From Polyangia bacterium (GTDB lineage: Bacteria; Myxococcota_A; Polyangia; Nannocystales; Nannocystaceae): a stretch of 47,224 nt of DNA. Every line of letters begins with the position of its first letter. The first letter of the stretch is position 1. The notes beneath the pieces were generated by a model. That model had not been told where the DNA came from. It was given only the letters and a program-made list of their open reading frames with translations, and ran no database searches. This document shows, in pieces, positions 1 through 9,900 of this stretch. The stretch is from NCBI GenBank assembly GCA_030430565.1, contig JAUIKS010000008.1:1-47224 (forward strand), read 5' to 3'. The position numbers were made by a program, and so were the translations under genes.

Positions 1-1185
1 CCGCCGCGCCGCCTGACGCTGTTCTATCTGGCGGTCGCGGCCGGTGGATGCCTCGGAGGCCTGCTGGTCGCGCTGGTCGCCCCGCGCGTGTTCACGGGGT
101 ACTACGAGTACCACGTCGGGCTCGCGCTCGTGCCCGCGCTCTTGGTGCTCGCCATCCGACGTGAACGCCAGCGGCGGCTCGAGGCCGGCGCCGCCGCGCC
201 GCGCGTGCGGCTCGGCTACGAGGTGTGGATGGGGGCCGCCGTGATCCTGGTCGTCGACCTTCACCTGCTGCTGCACGCGCGCGGCTGGGAGATTCGCCGC
301 AGCCGCGACGTCGCGGGGGCGTGGCAGCTGCAAAGCATCGACGAGGACACGGTCGCGCGGGGGCGCAACTTCTACGGGCTGATGCGGGTCGTCGAGCTTA
401 ACGCGAGCTGGCCGGAGAACCATCACCGGGCGATGCTGCACGGCCGCATCAACCACGGCTTTCAGTACCTGCGGGAGGACAAGCGGCGCCAGCCGACCTC
501 GTACTTCGGCGAGAGCAGCGGGCTCGGTCACGCGATCGCGCTGCACCCACGACGCGCGCGCGGGCAGACGCTGCGGCTCGGCGTGCTGGGGCTGGGCGTC
601 GGCACGATCGCCAGCTACGCGCGCGAAGGCGACGCGGTGGAATTTTATGAGATCAACCCGCTGGCGATCGAGCTGGCCCATGAGCACTTTCACTACCTGG
701 GCGACGCCCGACGGCGCGGGGCCTCGTTGACCGTGCACGCCGGCGACGCGCGCCTGCTGCTCGAGCGGCAGCTCAGCGAGGGCGCGCCGCGGGCCTTCGA
801 CGTGCTCGCGGTCGACGCGTTCAGCGGCGACGCGCCGCCGATTCATCTGCTCACGCGCGAGTGTTTTGGCGTGTACCTCGAGCACCTCGCGCCCGGCGGC
901 GTGCTGGCGCTGAACGTCTCCAATCGCTTCGTGGATCTCAAGCCGGTGGTGCGCGGGCTCGCCGAGGACGCCGGGCTGCGCGCGGTCCACTTCCACGATA
1001 CGAGCTCGACCGACGCGGGCACGCACACCAGCGACTGGATGCTGGTGACCGCGAACCCGCTGGTGCTGGACTCCGACGAGTTTATGTACCGCGAGAGCGA
1101 GCGCGACGCGGACGCGGCTCGTCCGCCGGTGCTGTGGACCGATGACCACAGCAGCCTGCTCGGGCTGATGATCCCGACTCGCTGA
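1..1185 (+). CDS. Spermidine-synthase-like (class I SAM-dependent aminopropyltransferase fold) protein, 3' portion. The N-terminal membrane segment continues upstream of the window (5'-partial).
   Basis: Frame 1 is open from nt 1 (PPRRLTLFYLAVAAGGCLGGLLVALVAP..., hydrophobic TM stretch). GLGVGT glycine-rich SAM loop. DAFSGD motif typical of spermidine/spermine synthases. Stop at 1183-1185. Realistic amino-acid composition. Confidence 0.7.
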   Translation, partial: PPRRLTLFYLAVAAGGCLGGLLVALVAPRVFTGYYEYHVGLALVPALLVLAIRRERQRRLEAGAAAPRVRLGYEVWMGAAVILVVDLHLLLHARGWEIRRSRDVAGAWQLQSIDEDTVARGRNFYGLMRVVELNASWPENHHRAMLHGRINHGFQYLREDKRRQPTSYFGESSGLGHAIALHPRRARGQTLRLGVLGLGVGTIASYAREGDAVEFYEINPLAIELAHEHFHYLGDARRRGASLTVHAGDARLLLERQLSEGAPRAFDVLAVDAFSGDAPPIHLLTRECFGVYLEHLAPGGVLALNVSNRFVDLKPVVRGLAEDAGLRAVHFHDTSSTDAGTHTSDWMLVTANPLVLDSDEFMYRESERDADAARPPVLWTDDHSSLLGLMIPTR

Positions 1186-1325
1186 GCCGACGCGTCGCGG
1201 CCCCGTTCGCAGCGAATGTCGCCCGGACGACGTTCTGATCACGTGGAGGATTATTCATCGGCGCGAAACACCGGCGTGTAGCAACGCGGATCACCGCGCC
1301 GCGTGTCGCTCCGTATACTGGCGCC

Positions 1326-1950
<625 letters not shown>

Positions 1951-1964
<14 letters not shown>

Positions 1965-2499
1965 CCTCGTCGGCCCCGCCGCCGCGCTGCTCGCCGCGCT
2001 CGCGCTCGTGGGCGCCTGCGATGACGAGGGCGGGACCGAGACCGACGCCGACACCGAGACGGGCGCCGACACCGACGCCGAGGCGCCCGTCGATCTCGAG
2101 GTGCCCGATGAGCCAGATGCGCTGCACGAGTGGGTGCTGGGGGACGAGTACCGCGCGTGGCCGTCGTGGTCGAGCGTGGAGCCGACCGGCGGGCTCGGCG
2201 GCGCGCGAGTCTACCTGAGCCCGGCGCTGTACGACTCGCTGATGTCGGGCGCCGAGCAGCACCCGGTGGGCGCCGCGGCGGTGCGCGAGCTCTACGGCGA
2301 GGACCTCGAGACGATAACGGGCTACGCCGTGGTCACGCGGGTCGACGAGGACGCGAGCGCGGACGCGTGGCTGTGGTTTGAGGTCTTCAGCCCCGAGCCC
2401 GACGCGACGCCGGCGACGGCGGAGCGCGCGGCCCCGGGCTGCGTCGGCTGCCACCAGCAGGCCGTGGACTTCATCCAGTCCGCGCTGCCGCTGCCGTAG
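1951..2499 (+). CDS. Cytochrome P460-like lipoprotein with a C-terminal CXXCH
   Basis: Lipobox LALVGAC. Acidic TD/TE linker. YRAWPSW ... ARVYLSP ... HPVGAAAVRELY ... WLWFEVF ... CVGCHQQAVDFI, i.e. the heme motif CVGCH near the C-terminus as in the P460 family. Start overlaps the upstream gene by 14 nt. Confidence 0.5.
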
Positions 2500-2502
2500 C
2501 GG

Positions 2503-3414
2503 CTACGCGTCGAGCAGCGCGAGCGCGCGGCTGAGGGCCTCGGACCACTCGTCGGGCGCGGGGCCCTGCGCGTCGAGGTAGGCGCGCAGGCTCGCGCGGT
2601 CGTCGAAGCTCTCGAAGGTCCACCACGACCACGCGTCGGCGTAGCTGACGGCGTCGTCATCGTCGTCGTCGTCGTCATCGCGCAACGAGGCGACCGACTG
2701 ACCGAGGCGCCAGGGCGCGCGCGCGAGGCCGTCCGCCGCGAGCGTCAGCGCGAGCGCGGTCCAGCCGTCTCCGGCGAGCCGATCGACGAGGTCATCCGGA
2801 CAGGTCCCGGTTCGCAGCGCGCGGTCGACGGGGCGCCATATCGGCGCGGGCGCGGCGCGGCCGTCCGCGTCGAGCCAGGCGTCGAGCGTCCCCGCCGCGC
2901 GCCGCTGCGCGCACCAACGCGTGAAGAAGGTGAGCTCGCGGCCGCCGTACATGGCCGCGTCCGCCAGCGTCCGCGGGTAGCTGGGGTCGGCCCACGGGAC
3001 CCGCGGGGCGTCGCCGTGGAGCCGCCGCCAGGCGAGGAAGGCGGCGTCGTCGCGGATCAGCCCGAGCGCGCGCAGCTCGACGAACTCGTCGCGCTCTTCG
3101 TCGTCATCTTCGTCGTCGTCTTCGTCTTCGTCATCGAGATCGTCCCAGCCGGGGTCGAGCACGCAGGCGACGGTGTCGGCCCAGCGGCGCGGCGCGGGCG
3201 GGTGGCGCCGGAGGTACTCGATCCGCCAGGCGCGGTCGCTTGGCTGCCTGGAGAGCCATGTGTGCCAGAGCATCATCCAGTGCTCGCCGAAGCCCATGCG
3301 CCAGCCGATGCTGCCGAGCGGGATGTCGGGGCAGCGCGCCCAGGGCGGCGCGATGTCACCGCGCGCGTCGAGGCTCGCGTCGATCTGCTGCAGCCACCAC
3401 TTGGCGTCGACCAC
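2503..3414 (-). CDS. Hypothetical cytoplasmic protein with two long poly-Asp/Glu runs
   Basis: 303-aa ORF with balanced composition (W-, Y-, F-rich). No signal peptide. DDEDEDDDEDDDEE and DDDDDDDDD runs. The sense strand fits better than the R/A-rich antisense frames. Confidence 0.5.
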   Translation of the reverse strand: MVDAKWWLQQIDASLDARGDIAPPWARCPDIPLGSIGWRMGFGEHWMMLWHTWLSRQPSDRAWRIEYLRRHPPAPRRWADTVACVLDPGWDDLDDEDEDDDEDDDEERDEFVELRALGLIRDDAAFLAWRRLHGDAPRVPWADPSYPRTLADAAMYGGRELTFFTRWCAQRRAAGTLDAWLDADGRAAPAPIWRPVDRALRTGTCPDDLVDRLAGDGWTALALTLAADGLARAPWRLGQSVASLRDDDDDDDDDAVSYADAWSWWTFESFDDRASLRAYLDAQGPAPDEWSEALSRALALLDA

Positions 3415-3462
3415 GGCGCGATTGTAGCGAACGCGCGCGCGCTTTCGTGGTACTCAGCGGCG

Positions 3463-4515
3463 GTGCTGCGACGCGCGCTCACGCCCCTGCTGCTGGCTTC
3501 GACCCTGGCGCTCGCGTGCGCGACGACGACGGCGCCCTGCCCCGAGCCCGCCGAGGCCGCCCACGCGCCGAGCCCCGCCCCAGCCGCGACGACGCCCGCG
3601 CCGCTCGGGCCGCTGCGCGTCGCGATCACGATCGACGATCTCCCGGCGCACGGGCCGCTCTCGCCGGGCGAGTCGCAGCTCTCGGTCCACGCGAAGCTCT
3701 TGGAGGTCCTCGACGCGCACGGCGTCCCCGGGGCCTACGGCTTCGTCAACGCGGCGAAGCTCGAGCGCGTCGCCGACGGCCGCGCCGTGCTCGAGCTGTG
3801 GCGCGACCGCGGGCACCCGCTCGGCAATCACACTTTCTCGCACGCGAACATCAACGAGGTCGGCGTCGCGGCGTTCATCGCCGACATCGAGCGCAACGAC
3901 GCGGTCCTCGCGGACATCATGGGCGACAGCGCGACGGCCCGGCGGTCGCGCCGGGCGTTTCGCTACCCCTACCTGCGGCAGGGCGCCGACGCGGCGACCC
4001 TGGACGCGGTGCGCGACTACCTGCGAGACAACGGCTACCAGCTCGCCGAGGTCACCGTCGACTTCGGCGACTGGGCCTACAACGCTCCCTACGCGCGCTG
4101 CCGGGCGCGCGGCGACGAGGACGCGATCGCGGATCTTCGGTGGAGCTTCGTCGCCAACGGGGTCGGCTTCTTGCGCTGGTCCGATCGGGCCGCGCGCGCG
4201 CTCTACGGTCGGCGGATCCCGCACGTGCTGCTGCTGCACAGCGGGAGCTTCGACGCCGCGGTCCTCGACGACCTGCTGACGGCCTACGAGCACATCGGGG
4301 TCGAGTGGATCACGCTCGACGCCGCGCTCGCCGACCCTGCGTACCAGGAAGACGTGCGGGCCCCGAGCAAGTACGGCGGGACGCTGCTCGAGCAGCGCAT
4401 CGAGCTGGCGGAGGGCGACGAGCCCGGGCCCGAGCCCGAGACCGAGTCGCCGCCGCCGTTCATGATCCAGCCGGTTGGGCTGCTCCAGAACGTCTGCCCG
4501 CCCGCGCGCCGGTGA
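3463..4515 (+). CDS. Polysaccharide deacetylase (NodB-homology, CE4) family lipoprotein
   Basis: In-frame GTG at 3463 gives (M)LRRALTPLLLASTLALAC signal plus lipobox. RVAITIDDLPAHG (TFDDG-like) and HTFSHANI (H-S/T-x-x-H) metal-binding motifs. The upstream part of ORF 3016..4515 is antisense to the 2503..3414 gene and was discarded. Confidence 0.75.
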   Translation: MLRRALTPLLLASTLALACATTTAPCPEPAEAAHAPSPAPAATTPAPLGPLRVAITIDDLPAHGPLSPGESQLSVHAKLLEVLDAHGVPGAYGFVNAAKLERVADGRAVLELWRDRGHPLGNHTFSHANINEVGVAAFIADIERNDAVLADIMGDSATARRSRRAFRYPYLRQGADAATLDAVRDYLRDNGYQLAEVTVDFGDWAYNAPYARCRARGDEDAIADLRWSFVANGVGFLRWSDRAARALYGRRIPHVLLLHSGSFDAAVLDDLLTAYEHIGVEWITLDAALADPAYQEDVRAPSKYGGTLLEQRIELAEGDEPGPEPETESPPPFMIQPVGLLQNVCPPARR

Positions 4516-4606
4516 TCGACGCCGTCGTCAGCGCTCGGCGGGCGCCGGCCGTCACCTGTACAATACGTCAGGCTTCGGCGGACGCCGGGTCGAGGAGCTC
4601 GTCACG

Positions 4607-5158
4607 ATGCCACGCCGGTCCACGCCCACGCTCGCGCTGCTGTCCGCGGCGCTGATCACAGGATGTCCCACAGTGCAGCCCGAACAACCGACGACCCCGG
4701 CGCCCGTCGAGCCCGCCGCCGCGCCGACGAAGGCGAGCGAGCCAGCGCCGACGAAGGCGCGCGCGCCGGCCCCCGCCCCCGCGAGCGCGCACGAGCCCTC
4801 CGCGCCGTGGACGCTCCACTACCACGACGGCAGCAACAACGGGACGATCTTCTCGCGCGCGTCCGCGGGCGCTGACGTGCTGTTTGAGTACAACCCGATG
4901 ACGCCCGAGAAGAGCTCGAGCGGTACGTACAGCGGCGGCGCGGCCCGGACCGGCGTGGCGACGCCGACGCAGGTCGCGGCGCTGTGGGAGCTGGTAGCGA
5001 AGCTCGAGGGCGCGACCGAAGCCCACGCCGAGGGGCGCCGGATGGGCACGGGATCGCTGCGGATCTCGACGCCGGAGGGCGAGCGCGCGCTGCTGATCCG
5101 CGCGGGCGCGGAGCTGTCCGAGCTCGACACCCTCCTCAAGCCGCTGCAGGGCCGCTGA
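4607..5158 (+). CDS. Hypothetical lipoprotein with a Pro/Ala-rich linker
   Basis: ATG at 4607 is preceded by GAGGAG at a 9-nt spacer. MPRRSTPTLALLSAALITGC signal plus lipobox. Confidence 0.55.
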   Translation: MPRRSTPTLALLSAALITGCPTVQPEQPTTPAPVEPAAAPTKASEPAPTKARAPAPAPASAHEPSAPWTLHYHDGSNNGTIFSRASAGADVLFEYNPMTPEKSSSGTYSGGAARTGVATPTQVAALWELVAKLEGATEAHAEGRRMGTGSLRISTPEGERALLIRAGAELSELDTLLKPLQGR

Positions 5159-5162
5159 GCGC

Positions 5163-6845
5163 TCAGGTGCCGCGCGCCGGCGGGCGACGATCGCGAAACC
5201 AGCTGCGCTGCTTCTCCATCCGCGCGCGCTGGCTCTTGGGCGCCTCGAACGCGCAGGTCGAGGCCTCCTCACTCCCCTCGGGCGCGCCCCAGCGGCGCTC
5301 GGGGCAGTCGTTAGGGTTGTAGCCGAGCTCGAGGGCCTCGAGCCGCGCGAGCAGCTCGCCGAGCCGGAGCGTCCACTCGCTGCCGTCGCTGCGCCGGTAC
5401 TTGACGGCGTAGCGCTCGTCCTCGAGCTGCCGCTCGAGCGCGTCGTCGAGCTGCCCGACGATGGCGTCGACGCTCGCGCCCGCGAGCTGGTAGCCGGACG
5501 AGTTCTTCCGGACCCGCGCCGAGAAGCCCTTCACGACATCCATCGCGATCAGCAGCCGAAGGTCTCGCCCCGGGGTCGCGAAGGTCTCCCACGGCCCCGT
5601 GGTTTCGAAGACCTTGTGGCCGCGCGGCATCGGGATCACCTGACCGCGCATCCGCGCGACCGCGGCGCCGCGCTCGACGAAGTCGACCCGGGTCAGCAGC
5701 GCCTCGTGCAGCGCGACGACGGCCCGCCGCTGCGCCTTGATCGGGTCGCGGCCGCCCGGCGTGATCACGGACTGCACGCGCTCGTGAAAGCGATCGCGCG
5801 AGAGCCCGGCGCGCGCGGTCCACAGGTCTCCGTAGCCAGGCGCGCTCGCGAGTTCGTCGTCGCTGAGCAGCTCGACCTCACCGTCGCGGTAGACCGCCGG
5901 GCGGAACCGCTTGAAGCCGGTCCCGCCGCGGCCAGGGTCGGCGTCCCAGAGGAAGGTCCCCTCCCAAAACCGCTTGCGGGTGATCGTGCCGTCGGGCTGC
6001 CCGTCGATCGCGAACAGCTCCCCGGGCTCGTCGCCGCGCGACTCGATCATCTCGACGAGCATGAGGATGTGCCCGTAGGGATCGGCGTAGATCGTACCTG
6101 GCCGGAGGGCCTGGCGCTTCAGCGCGACGGGGTAGAAGTCCGCGCGCGAGTCCTCGAGCGCGGTGAGACCGTTGCCGGAGTGCACGCCCCAGGAGATCGT
6201 CTGGCGCAGGAAGGTCTCGACGCGCGCGAGCTCGCGGGCGCGGCCGCTGCTGTGCCGCGCCTCGAGGTTGGAGCGCCCGCCGAGGCAGCGCGGCGCGATG
6301 CCAGGGCCGCCGCGCGAGCAGATGTGAAACGCGAACGGCAGCCGCCGCTTCCACGACCAGTACGCGCGCAGGAAGTACGGGAGATCGGCGCAGTCTGGGC
6401 GGAGGTGGAGGACGCCGGCCTCGTCCTCGCCCTCGCCGAGCGCGCCGTGGAGGAGGTTGCGCGCTGGATTCGTCGTGACCTGATCGAGCTGGGCGTAGGC
6501 GAGCTCCCGCCCCCGCGGGGCCCGGAACATCTCGCGGACCCACGCGCTGTACAGCGCCTCCTCGGACTCGCTCCAGGCTCGCTCGATCGGCCACACCGCC
6601 TTGCCGCTCGCGCTCGTCACCGTCCGCGCGCCGCCGACGGTGAACGAGCTGCACGAGAGGCCGACGCCGTCGCGCCCGACGAGGACGCGGTACTCCCCGG
6701 CGCCGGGGGCGTCGAGGGTCGCGAGCGCCATCGCGGGCGCGCCGCCTCGCGCGATCACGCGGGCCCCCGCGGTCGCGCCGGAGGCCGCGCGCACGCTGAT
6801 CGCCAGCGGCTCTTCGCTGGCGAAGGTGGCCGCGAGCACGCGCAC
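5163..6845 (-). CDS. Conserved hypothetical protein (560 aa)
   Basis: Long ORF with ordinary composition, whereas the overlapping + frame (5616..6929) is Arg/Ala/Gly-rich junk. Convergent with the 4607..5158 gene; the stops are 5 nt apart. Confidence 0.6.
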   Translation of the reverse strand: MRVLAATFASEEPLAISVRAASGATAGARVIARGGAPAMALATLDAPGAGEYRVLVGRDGVGLSCSSFTVGGARTVTSASGKAVWPIERAWSESEEALYSAWVREMFRAPRGRELAYAQLDQVTTNPARNLLHGALGEGEDEAGVLHLRPDCADLPYFLRAYWSWKRRLPFAFHICSRGGPGIAPRCLGGRSNLEARHSSGRARELARVETFLRQTISWGVHSGNGLTALEDSRADFYPVALKRQALRPGTIYADPYGHILMLVEMIESRGDEPGELFAIDGQPDGTITRKRFWEGTFLWDADPGRGGTGFKRFRPAVYRDGEVELLSDDELASAPGYGDLWTARAGLSRDRFHERVQSVITPGGRDPIKAQRRAVVALHEALLTRVDFVERGAAVARMRGQVIPMPRGHKVFETTGPWETFATPGRDLRLLIAMDVVKGFSARVRKNSSGYQLAGASVDAIVGQLDDALERQLEDERYAVKYRRSDGSEWTLRLGELLARLEALELGYNPNDCPERRWGAPEGSEEASTCAFEAPKSQRARMEKQRSWFRDRRPPARGT

Positions 6846-6925
6846 GGGCTCGCCGGGCGCCGGCGCGAAGGGGACGACGAGGATGCCTACGTCATCACGC
6901 GCGCGCCCGGCTGCGGGGCATTCGC

Positions 6926-9900
6926 CTAGCCGCGTTTTTTTTTTGACAGGTCCAGGTAGACCGAGGGGTCGCGCTCGTCCGGGTCTAGCCCGTCGCCGGC
7001 CCGCGCCCGCTGGCTCGCCGCGAGCGGCCCCTCGCCATGTTCTTCCTGTCCCTCAAGACCTGGCTGATTCATCAGCCCGACATCGCCGGGGCGACGCTCG
7101 CCCGCGGTCCCCATGCAGCTCTCGGGGCGAATAGCGAAGACCAGGAGCACGATCAGGATGATGAGCAAGACGACGATCGTGATCCGGCGCGCGCGCTCGG
7201 CAGGGTCGTCGCGGACGATCGCCAGGACCTCGGACTGCTGCGCGCTCGCGGCTCGAGCGCGCGCCGAGGTCGAGGCGCGCGGCTCCTCCTCCGCGGCCCC
7301 GCTGACCGCCGACGCGCCGGCTGCCGCCGCGCTGACCGGCGGCTTCTCGGTCACCGCCGGGTGCCTCCCCGAGATCTTCGCCACCGCGGCCTCGCTCGCG
7401 GACGCGACCTCGCCCTGTCGCCGCTTCCACGAATTCGACGAGCTGCCCGCGCGCGGCGGCGGGCCCTGATCGCGCTCGCGCTCCGCGGTCGACGTGAGCA
7501 CAAAGGGCGAGCGCCCGATCCGGGTCTTCTCGGTGGTCGAGGTGGTGCGGTGCGCGGCGGATGACTCGCTCGCGGACCCCGCCTCCGCGGCGGGAGCCTG
7601 GGTCTCGGGCGGCGTCGCCTCCGTCGGCTCCGGAGCCTGGCGCCGCCTCGCCAGGCGCTCACGCGCGGCGCTGCGTCCGGCCGCAGTCACCCCGGCGACG
7701 GCTGCGGCGCCCGCGACGTCCTTGACGATCGCGCCCGCCTGCTTGCCGATCGTCCCCGACACGCTGCGTCGCTTCGGCCCCGACGGGCGCGCCGGCGGGC
7801 TCGCGCCCTTTGAAGGGATCGGCGGCGCGATGGGAGTCGGCTTTACGCGCGGGTCAGCTTGCTGATGATCTTCGCGTGGCTGCCTCAGCGGTCGCGACGC
7901 GATCGTCGGGGGCTTCGGCGGCGCGCGCTTCGGATCCTGCTGCTTCGCGGTGGGCGGCTGGAACTTCGGGATCGCGCGCGAGGTCGCGCGACTCGGGAAG
8001 CGCGTGGAGGACAGGTGTAGCGGCTTCGAGCTGCGGGCTGGGGGCGTCGCCCCGCTCGGGAGCTTGTTCGACTTCGACTCGGGTCGCGTCGGCAGCTTCG
8101 GGAAGGGCCGCGAGGGCGCGCGCGTCGGCGGGGCGAGACGCGGTGTGCCCGGGGTCGCCTTCGGCTCCGGTCGTTTCTTGTCGTGGTCGCTCGGGGCGTC
8201 GGCTGGCGGCACCCAGGGCTCGGGAGGAGGTGAGGGCGCCGTCGGCTCGCGCTGCCGCTTCGCGCGTGGTGCATCCGAGGACGGCGCGTCGGCGGTCCAC
8301 GCCATGGCGGACGCCGGGATCACGATCGGGACCGGCGTGACCCGACGCCCCGACTGACTCGCGCTCGCCGAGGCGCCGGTGTCCTCCGGCTCCGCCTTCG
8401 CCCCTGGCTTCGCCGTCGCCTCGGGCGTGGGCTTCGCCGTGGGGTCGGGCTCCGCCGTCACCTCGGGCTGCTTCTCGAGCTTCTTCTCGAGCTTCTTCTC
8501 GAGCTTCGCCGCGGGCTTCTTCTCGAGCTTCGCCGCGGGCTTCTTCTCGAGCTTCGCCGCGGGCTTCGCCGCCGCCTTCGCGGTTGACTCGGGCTTCGTC
8601 GCGGGCGTCGCCTTCGCGGTTGACTCGGGCTTCGTCGCGGGCGTCGCCGTCGCGGTTGCCTCGGGCTTCGTCGCGGGCGTTGCCGTCGCCGGTGGCGTTA
8701 TCTCGGGCTCCGCCGCCTCGGGCTTCGCCGCCCGGGGCTTCGTCTCCTCTTCAGGCTTTGCTTCCGCCTCGGGCTTCGCCGCCGCCTCGGGCTTCGCCGC
8801 CTCGGGCTTCGTCTCCGCTTCAGGCTTTGCTCCCGCCTCGGGCTTCGCCGCCGCCTCGGGCTTCGTCGCCTCGGGCTTCGTCTCCGCTTCAGGCTTTGCT
8901 CCCGCCTCGGGCTTCGCCTCTTCCTTAGACTCCGCCTCGGACGGGGCCTCGGCCTCCGGCGTCGCCTCGACCTCGGCTTGCGACTCCTCGACGACACCGG
9001 CTCGATCCGAGGAGGCGTCATCGGCTGGAGCTCCGCGCGCGTCGTGGACCTCGGGCGCCGGCTCCGGCGCTGCCGCGAGTTCATCGGCGGGCGCGGGCTC
9101 AGCCCCGGGCGACGGCGCGGCCTCCGGCTGCGGTCGCTCGACGCTCGCGGCCGCGTCCCCCTGCTCCTCCGGCGGGATCAAGTCGACGACCGGGAGCTCG
9201 TCCGTCTCCTGCGCCGCCTCGGGCTGAGATGCTGGCTCGGGAGACAGGTCATCGACCGAGACCTTCTGGAACCTCGAGCTGACCGCTGGCTCGGCCTCCG
9301 GCGCCGGCGCCGGCGCTGGCTGTAGCGCGGGCTCGGGGGACAGGTCATCAACCGGCAGCTGCTGAAACCGCGAGCTGACCGCTGGCTCGGTCTTCGGCGC
9401 GGGCTCGGGCGCTGGCTGCGTCGCTGGCTCGGGGGACAGGTCATCCACCGCCACGCGCTGGAACCGCGAGCTGACCGCTGGCGCCGGCGCCGGGGCGGGC
9501 TGCGGCGCCGGGGCGGGCTGCGGCGCGAGGGCGGCCGCCGCCTTCAGCTCCTCCTCGTCGAAGGGCACCTCCATCCACATCGACACGTTGACGCGGACGC
9601 CGTGCTTGCGGCCGTACTTGACGATGACGGTGAGGATCCACTCCGCGCAGGCGTTCGCCTCGCGCGTCGAGGAGAGCACGCGGCTGCGCGCGAGCTCGCG
9701 ACCGTTGCGCGAGCGAATCGAGAGGTAGTGGCCGTCGCCCTCGGGCTTGACCTTGTAGCTCGAGCGCATCAACGCGGCCTGGATCAGCGAGCGGACGCCG
9801 TTGTCGCGCGAGCGCGTGGAGCCGTAGCCGTGGCTGTACAGCAGCGCCGCGCCGCCCTCGTCGTTGAAGTGGAAGTAGTAGCGCTTCTTGCCGCCCTCCT

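Noticed and set aside
3016-3462. N-terminal 149 codons of ORF 3016..4515
   Set aside because: Antisense to the better-supported 2503..3414 gene and Arg/Gly/Val-rich. The deacetylase signal peptide begins at the in-frame GTG 3463.
8379-9515. Repeat array checked as a possible CRISPR
   Set aside because: The repeats are in-frame coding minisatellites of several different unit lengths with no unique spacers, all inside the 6926..10729 ORF. No cas genes are present.
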